From the NCBI GenBank assembly GCA_041648235.1, contig JBAZPK010000002.1, forward strand, positions 1 to 45,004: a DNA stretch of 45,004 nt. Reading direction: 5' to 3'. The position numbers were made by a program, and so were the translations under genes. The notes under the pieces are model-generated. The model saw only the letters and a program-made list of their open reading frames with translations. It did no database searches and had not been told where the DNA came from. This document shows positions 40,553-45,004 of this stretch, piece after piece; positions within the stretch are counted from its first letter, which is position 1, and each line of letters starts with the position of its first letter. The stretch is from Thermoleophilia bacterium (GTDB lineage: Bacteria; Actinomycetota; Thermoleophilia; UBA2241).

Positions 40553-41449
40553 ATGACCGCCCCGCCTGCGCACCCGGCCGCCTCCCCCGCCGACCCAGCC
40601 GCCGCGCCCGCCTTCCCGGCGGCGCGGCTCCTCGACGTCTCCGGGCTCCACTACCGCTACCCTGGGGCACCGGCCGACGCACTGGCCGGCCTCGACCTGC
40701 AGGCCGCCGAGGGCGAGTTCGTGGCCGTGGTGGGGGCGAACGGCTCGGGTAAGTCCACGCTCGCGCGCCTGCTGGGCGGCCTGCAGAAGCCCACCGCCGC
40801 CCGCCGTGCGCTGGCCTGCGGCCACGACCTGCTGACCGAAGAGGGGCGCCTCGTGGCGCGCCGGGACGTGGGCGTGCTCTTCCAGAACCCCGAGAACCAG
40901 CTCGTCGCCGAGTGCGTGGAGGAGGACGTGGCGTTCGGCCTCGAGAACCTCTCCTGGCCGGCGCCGGAGATCCGCCGGCGTGTGGACGAGATGCTCTCCC
41001 GCTTCGGCCTCGTGAGTCTGCGGCGGCGTGAGCCGCACCTGCTCTCGGGCGGCCAGAAGCAGCGCACGGCGCTGGCCGGCGTACTGGCCATCCCGCGCCG
41101 GGCGCTGGTGCTCGACGAACCCACGGCGATGCTCGACCCGGCCGGCCGCCGCGAGGTGCTCGCGGCCGTCGACGGCCTTCGTGCCGAGGGACTGGCGATC
41201 GTCTTCATCACCCAGGAGATGGACGAGGTGGTGGGCGCCGACCGGGTGATCGCGCTGGAACGCGGCACGGAGGTGTACGCCGGCCCTCCCCAGGGGCTGT
41301 TCGACGATGTGCAGCTCGTGCGCCGGCTGCGCCTTGGCCTGCCGGCGTCGGGCGAGCTGGCCTTGGCGCTCGCGGCGCGGGGCCGCCGCCTTGCCAGCTT
41401 GCCGCTGACCCTGGACGACTTGCTCGACGAGCTCGGCGGGCCCAGATGA
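40553..41449 (+). CDS. ecfA1: Energy-coupling factor (ECF) transporter ATPase
   Basis: 298-aa ORF with Walker A GANGSGKST, signature LSGGQKQR and Walker B LVLDEPT. It is the first of two tandem ABC ATPases followed by ecfT. Confidence 0.88.
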   Translation: MTAPPAHPAASPADPAAAPAFPAARLLDVSGLHYRYPGAPADALAGLDLQAAEGEFVAVVGANGSGKSTLARLLGGLQKPTAARRALACGHDLLTEEGRLVARRDVGVLFQNPENQLVAECVEEDVAFGLENLSWPAPEIRRRVDEMLSRFGLVSLRRREPHLLSGGQKQRTALAGVLAIPRRALVLDEPTAMLDPAGRREVLAAVDGLRAEGLAIVFITQEMDEVVGADRVIALERGTEVYAGPPQGLFDDVQLVRRLRLGLPASGELALALAARGRRLASLPLTLDDLLDELGGPR

Positions 41450-42321
41450 AGCCTCGCGGCGACGCCGAGCGGCAGCTCGCCGGCCCCGAGAGGTCGTCGG
41501 CCGGCATGGGCCTGGCCTGTGCTGGCGTGTCGTTCAGCTATGCGGAGGGCGGCGAGCGCCTGCCGGCTTTGCGCGACGTGAGCTTCGCGCTCGAGGCCGG
41601 CGGCTCCCTGGCTCTGGTGGGCGCCTCGGGCGCCGGCAAGACCACGCTGCTGCAGGTGATCCGCGGCCTCGACGAAGCGGACGGCGGGGCGGTGCTGCTG
41701 GACGGGGCGAGCTCCGGCGACTCTCGCTACGAGGCCCTGCGACGTGAGGTGGGCCTCGTCTTCCAGATCCCCGAGCTGCAGCTCTTCGCCGCGACGGCCT
41801 TCGACGACGCCGCCTTCGGGCCGCGCCAGCTGGCGTGGCCGGAGGGCGCCGTCGCGGCCGCCGTGGATGCGGCCCTCGAGGTCGTGGGGCTGCCGCCGGC
41901 CGCTTTCGGCGGGCGGCACCCCTACTCGCTCTCGGGTGGCGAACAGCGCCGGCTGGCGCTGGCCGGCGTCCTCGCCATGCGGCCGCGGCTCCTGCTGCTG
42001 GACGAGCCCTTTGTCAGCCTCGACCCCGGCACGCGCCGCGACCTCGTGGCCATCCTCCAGCGGCTCAAGGGTGACGGCGTCACCCTGGTCCTGGCCACTC
42101 ACGACGTCGACCTCGCCTGGGCGCTCTGCGACGAGGTGCTCCTGCTGGCGGAAGGCCGCGTGGCGGCCGTCGGCGCCTGGGACTTCGGCGCCGCCGGCGC
42201 CCCCCTGCTGGCCGCGAACCGCCTCCGCGAGCCCTTCCTCGTGGAGCTGTGGCGGCGACTCGGCCGCGACCCCGCTACGGCGCCGCGTGACTTTGCGGCC
42301 GCCGCCGAGGCCCTCGCGTGA
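41446..42321 (+). CDS. ecfA2: Energy-coupling factor (ECF) transporter ATPase
   Basis: 291-aa ORF. Its ATG overlaps the ecfA1 TGA (ATGA), and ATG41506 is an alternative start. Walker A GASGAGKTT, signature LSGGEQRR, Walker B LLLDEP. Confidence 0.88.
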   Translation: MKPRGDAERQLAGPERSSAGMGLACAGVSFSYAEGGERLPALRDVSFALEAGGSLALVGASGAGKTTLLQVIRGLDEADGGAVLLDGASSGDSRYEALRREVGLVFQIPELQLFAATAFDDAAFGPRQLAWPEGAVAAAVDAALEVVGLPPAAFGGRHPYSLSGGEQRRLALAGVLAMRPRLLLLDEPFVSLDPGTRRDLVAILQRLKGDGVTLVLATHDVDLAWALCDEVLLLAEGRVAAVGAWDFGAAGAPLLAANRLREPFLVELWRRLGRDPATAPRDFAAAAEALA

Positions 42322-43100
42322 AGGCGAGCATCGCACAGTACTACCCCGGCGACTCCGCCGTGCACCGCTTCGACCCGCGGGCGAAGTTCGTCGCCGTCTC
42401 GGCGCTGGCTCTGGCGCTGTTCGTGCGCGATTCGTTCGCCAGCCTCGCCGTCTACGCCGCCGCCGCGGCTCTCGCCTATGGGCTGAGCCGGGTGCCCCTA
42501 CGCTGGTTCTGGCGCGCCTTCAGACCCCTGCTCTGGCTGGTAGGGCTCACCTTCGTGGCGCAGCTTGTCTTCGCCCCCGGCGAGGCGTTCTTCAGCGTCT
42601 GGTTCTTCCACCTCTCGTGGCGTGGACTCGAGCTCGCCGCCTTCCTGAGCCTGCGCCTCGTGGTGCTCGTGCTGATCGGTTCGGTGCTCACGCTCACGAC
42701 CGCGCCCATCGCGCTCACCGACGGCCTCGCCTGGCTCGGCCGGCCGCTGCGCCGGCTCCGGGTGCCCACCGACGAGCTGGCGCTCATGGTCACCATCGCC
42801 CTGCGCTTCATCCCAACACTTCTCGTGGAGCTGGAGACGATCATGCGCGCTCAGCGCGCCCGCGGAGCCGATTTCCGCAGCGGCGGCCTGCGCCGCCGCG
42901 TCCGCGCCCTGGTCCCGGTCCTGATACCGCTGTTCGTGCTCAGCTTCCGGCGCGCCGACGAGCTCGCGCTCGCCATGGAGGCGCGCTGCTACCGCCCGGG
43001 GATCGCCCGCACGCGCCTGCATCCGCTGCGCGCGAGCTGGCTCGACGCGGTGCTCCTGGGCGCCACCGCCGCCGTCATCGCGGTGGCGCTGCTCGTGTAG
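42318..43100 (+). CDS. ecfT: ECF transporter transmembrane component EcfT
   Basis: 260-aa multi-TM ORF. GTGA overlap with ecfA2. CbiQ/EcfT-like start YYPGDSAVHRFDPRAKF and Arg-rich coupling segment MRAQRARGADF. Confidence 0.88.
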   Translation: MKASIAQYYPGDSAVHRFDPRAKFVAVSALALALFVRDSFASLAVYAAAAALAYGLSRVPLRWFWRAFRPLLWLVGLTFVAQLVFAPGEAFFSVWFFHLSWRGLELAAFLSLRLVVLVLIGSVLTLTTAPIALTDGLAWLGRPLRRLRVPTDELALMVTIALRFIPTLLVELETIMRAQRARGADFRSGGLRRRVRALVPVLIPLFVLSFRRADELALAMEARCYRPGIARTRLHPLRASWLDAVLLGATAAVIAVALLV

Positions 43101-43109
43101 GATGCCGGC

Positions 43110-43919
43110 GTGAGCGGAGGCGCAGTGACGGGGGGGCGGCAGGGCGTGGGGGCGGAGCAGCCGGACCAGAGCCTGCGGCCGGCCACGTACCGGCTCGACC
43201 TCGCCTACGAGGGCACGCGCTTCCACGGCTGGGCCCGGCAACCCGGGCTGCGCACCGTGCAGGAGGTGCTCGAGGAGGCCCTGGCGACGGTACTGCGTGA
43301 GCCCGTCCGGCTCAGCGTCGCCGGCCGCACCGACGCCGGCGTGCACGCCTGGGCGCAGGTCGCATCCTTCACCTGCGGCCGGCGCGACGTGCGCCCTGAC
43401 CTCCTCCGGCACTCGCTCAACGCCCTCCTGCCGCCGGACGTCGCCGTCCGCGAGCTCGCGCCGGCGCCGCCCGGCTTCGTCGCCCGCGAGGCGCGCTCCC
43501 GGACCTACCGGTACCGGCTCTGGCTGGCGCCGGTGAAGCCGGTGGCCGAGCGCGCCTACGTGTGGAACGTCCGCGGCGCCGTCGACACGCGGATCCTCGG
43601 GGAGGTCGCGGCGCTGCTGCCCGGCCACCGCGACTTCGCGGCGCTGACGCCCTCGGCGCACCTCTACCACAACTGCGTGCGGGAAGTACGTGCTGCCGCG
43701 TGGTCTCCAGACCCCGGCGGCGAGGAGTGGGTGTTCGAGATCACCGCCGGCAGCTTCCTGCACAACATGGTGCGCGTGGCCGTGGGTTCGGCCGTGGACG
43801 TCGCCCAGGGCCGGGCGACGGCGGAGGAGTTCGCCGCCGCCCTCTCCGACGGTGAGCGCCGGCGTATGGGGCAGACGGCGCCGGCTCGCGGCCTCGCGCT
43901 GGTGGCCGTCGAGTACTAG
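43110..43919 (+). CDS. truA: tRNA pseudouridine(38-40) synthase TruA
   Basis: 269-aa ORF with YRLDLAYEGTRFHGWARQPG and the catalytic block AGRTDAGVHAWAQV. The start codon is uncertain (GTG43110 or a downstream GTG). Confidence 0.9.
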   Translation: MSGGAVTGGRQGVGAEQPDQSLRPATYRLDLAYEGTRFHGWARQPGLRTVQEVLEEALATVLREPVRLSVAGRTDAGVHAWAQVASFTCGRRDVRPDLLRHSLNALLPPDVAVRELAPAPPGFVAREARSRTYRYRLWLAPVKPVAERAYVWNVRGAVDTRILGEVAALLPGHRDFAALTPSAHLYHNCVREVRAAAWSPDPGGEEWVFEITAGSFLHNMVRVAVGSAVDVAQGRATAEEFAAALSDGERRRMGQTAPARGLALVAVEY

Positions 43920-44030
43920 CGGCGGCGGTCAGGCCGGCGGGCGGGGCGCCGCCGGAGCACGGGATGGGGTGGACCGCCCGCCGGCGCACGGCACCGGGCG
44001 CGGCGCCGCCGGCACACGGCCGGCCGCCGG

Positions 44031-45004
44031 TCACTGGTTCAGGAAGCTCCGCACCTGGCGTTGCAGCTTTGACTGCTCGGGCGGGAAGACGTAGGCGACC
44101 CCACCCTCGTACCCGGGCTCGCCGGCCAGCACCAGCTTCTTGCCGCTGTCGGCACGCCACTTGAGGTAGGCGAGCTCCAGGATCTGGTTGGTGGTGAGGT
44201 CGGTGTCGACGCCGCTCATAAAGCGCCTGCCGATGAGGGGCAGCTTGGTGATGTTGGACGGCCGCGCGAGCTTCTTCTGCAGCGCCTGCACGAACTGCTG
44301 CTGCCGCCTGGCGCGGTGGAAGTCGTCGTCGGCGTAGCGGATGCGCACGTAGAGCATCGCTGACCTGCCGTCGAAGTGATGCATACCTTTCTCGAAGGTC
44401 ACGGGGCGAGCGTCGCTGCCGGCCACGGTGGAGATCGTCTTGGGGACCCGCATGTCGACGCCGCCGACGGCGTCCACGAGCCGCGGGAAGCCTTTGAAGT
44501 TGACGACCATGACGTGGTTGATGGGGATGCCGAGGAAGCGCTGCACCGTCTCGAGCGCCAGCGAGGGGCCGCCCCAGAACATCGCGGCGTTGATCTTGTC
44601 GGTACCGCGCCCCGGGACGTCGACGCGCGTGTCGCGGGGGATGGAGAACTGGTTGATGGTGTGGGTCCCGGGGTCGAAGTGCATGAGCATGATCGTGTCC
44701 GAGCGCGCCGGCTCGCCGTCCTTGCTGTCGACCCCGAGGAGCAGGAGGGTGGTGCCGCGGCGCCAGATCCAGCCCCTGTCGGGAGCGAGCTGGGCGCGGG
44801 TGTCCTTGTCGATGCGGAGGTTCGACTTGTCGACGGCGTGATCGAAGCGCTTGTACCCCGGCCAGGCGAGGACCGTGAGGACGACGCCGGCGATGAGGAG
44901 CGCGAGGAGGAGCCCCAGGGGGATGTGCCACCAGCGGAAGCGCCGGCGGCGCCGCGGCGCACCGCCGCCGGCGGCCGCCGAGTCGCGGCGCCCGGAGGCG
45001 GACT
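44031..45004 (-). CDS. LCP (LytR-CpsA-Psr) family cell-envelope phosphotransferase, 5'-truncated by the window edge
   Basis: The track ORF 44031-44690 shows LCP blocks (FSIPRDTRVDVPG..DKINAA, VVNFKGFPRLVDAVGGVD, RIRYADDDFHRARRQQQF). My hand translation of the same frame upstream of 44690 stays open to position 45004. It contains a membrane anchor (RRRRRFRWWHIPLGLLLALLIAGVVLTVLAW) and no start codon, so the N-terminus lies outside the window. Confidence 0.85.
   Translation of the reverse strand, partial: SASGRRDSAAAGGGAPRRRRRFRWWHIPLGLLLALLIAGVVLTVLAWPGYKRFDHAVDKSNLRIDKDTRAQLAPDRGWIWRRGTTLLLLGVDSKDGEPARSDTIMLMHFDPGTHTINQFSIPRDTRVDVPGRGTDKINAAMFWGGPSLALETVQRFLGIPINHVMVVNFKGFPRLVDAVGGVDMRVPKTISTVAGSDARPVTFEKGMHHFDGRSAMLYVRIRYADDDFHRARRQQQFVQALQKKLARPSNITKLPLIGRRFMSGVDTDLTTNQILELAYLKWRADSGKKLVLAGEPGYEGGVAYVFPPEQSKLQRQVRSFLNQ

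Noticed and set aside
41744-43300. 518-aa + strand ORF
   Set aside because: It is off-frame across ecfA2, ecfT and truA and is Arg/Pro/Ala-rich. The ABC ATPase and EcfT frames are clearly the real ones.
43741-44931. 396-aa minus-strand ORF, and the 187-aa ORF 44399-44962
   Set aside because: They are alternative frames over the LCP gene and the truA end, with Arg/Pro-rich composition. The LCP motifs are in the third minus frame, which I translated by hand to the window edge.

Overview
This is a high-GC, Actinobacteria-like chromosomal segment with strongly GC3-biased codons. It is almost entirely the conserved transcription/translation super-cluster, all on the + strand. The order is rpmG, tRNA-Trp, secE, nusG, rplK, rplA, rplJ, rplL, rpoB, rpoC, rpsL, rpsG, fusA, tuf, the S10 operon (rpsJ to rpsQ), the spc operon (rplN to rplO, secY, adk, map), infA, rpmJ and the alpha operon (rpsM, rpsK, rpsD, rpoA, rplQ). 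These are followed by ecfA1-ecfA2-ecfT-truA and a convergent LCP (LytR-CpsA-Psr) gene that runs off the right edge. The only accessory block is a ~7.3 kb, seven-gene insertion between rplQ and ecfA1 (about 33.1-40.5 kb). It encodes a TusA-like sulfur carrier, an MvhD-like protein, an HdrA with a complete GltD/NfnB-like NAD(P)H module nested inside it, and a second canonical HdrA. It also encodes a 90-aa winged-helix protein, a DsrE-like (DrsE_2-type) protein and a QmoC-like FeS/cytochrome b membrane protein. No HdrB/DsrK-type CCG subunit, AprAB, DsrAB, MetVF or hydrogenase is present in the window. This combination does not match any Hdr, sHdr, Flx-Hdr or Qmo arrangement I know, so it is the main candidate for an undescribed system. 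Secondary oddities are listed here.
- uL4, uS17 and SecE carry Ala/Lys/Pro-rich polycationic extensions.
- uS3 has a Gly/Pro/Arg repeat tail.
- RpoB has a 92-aa polyacidic C-terminal tail.
- EF-Tu and uL24 carry Cys4 motifs.
- The rplJ leader has a T-tract attenuator hairpin.
- Several promoters share a recurrent TATACTGCC -10 string.

Limits: no similarity search or folding program was run. Calls rest on the ORF track plus my own motif recognition and hand translation. Start codons were refined by RBS and overlap logic and may be off by a few codons. The many long minus-strand ORFs are GC-rich shadow frames.
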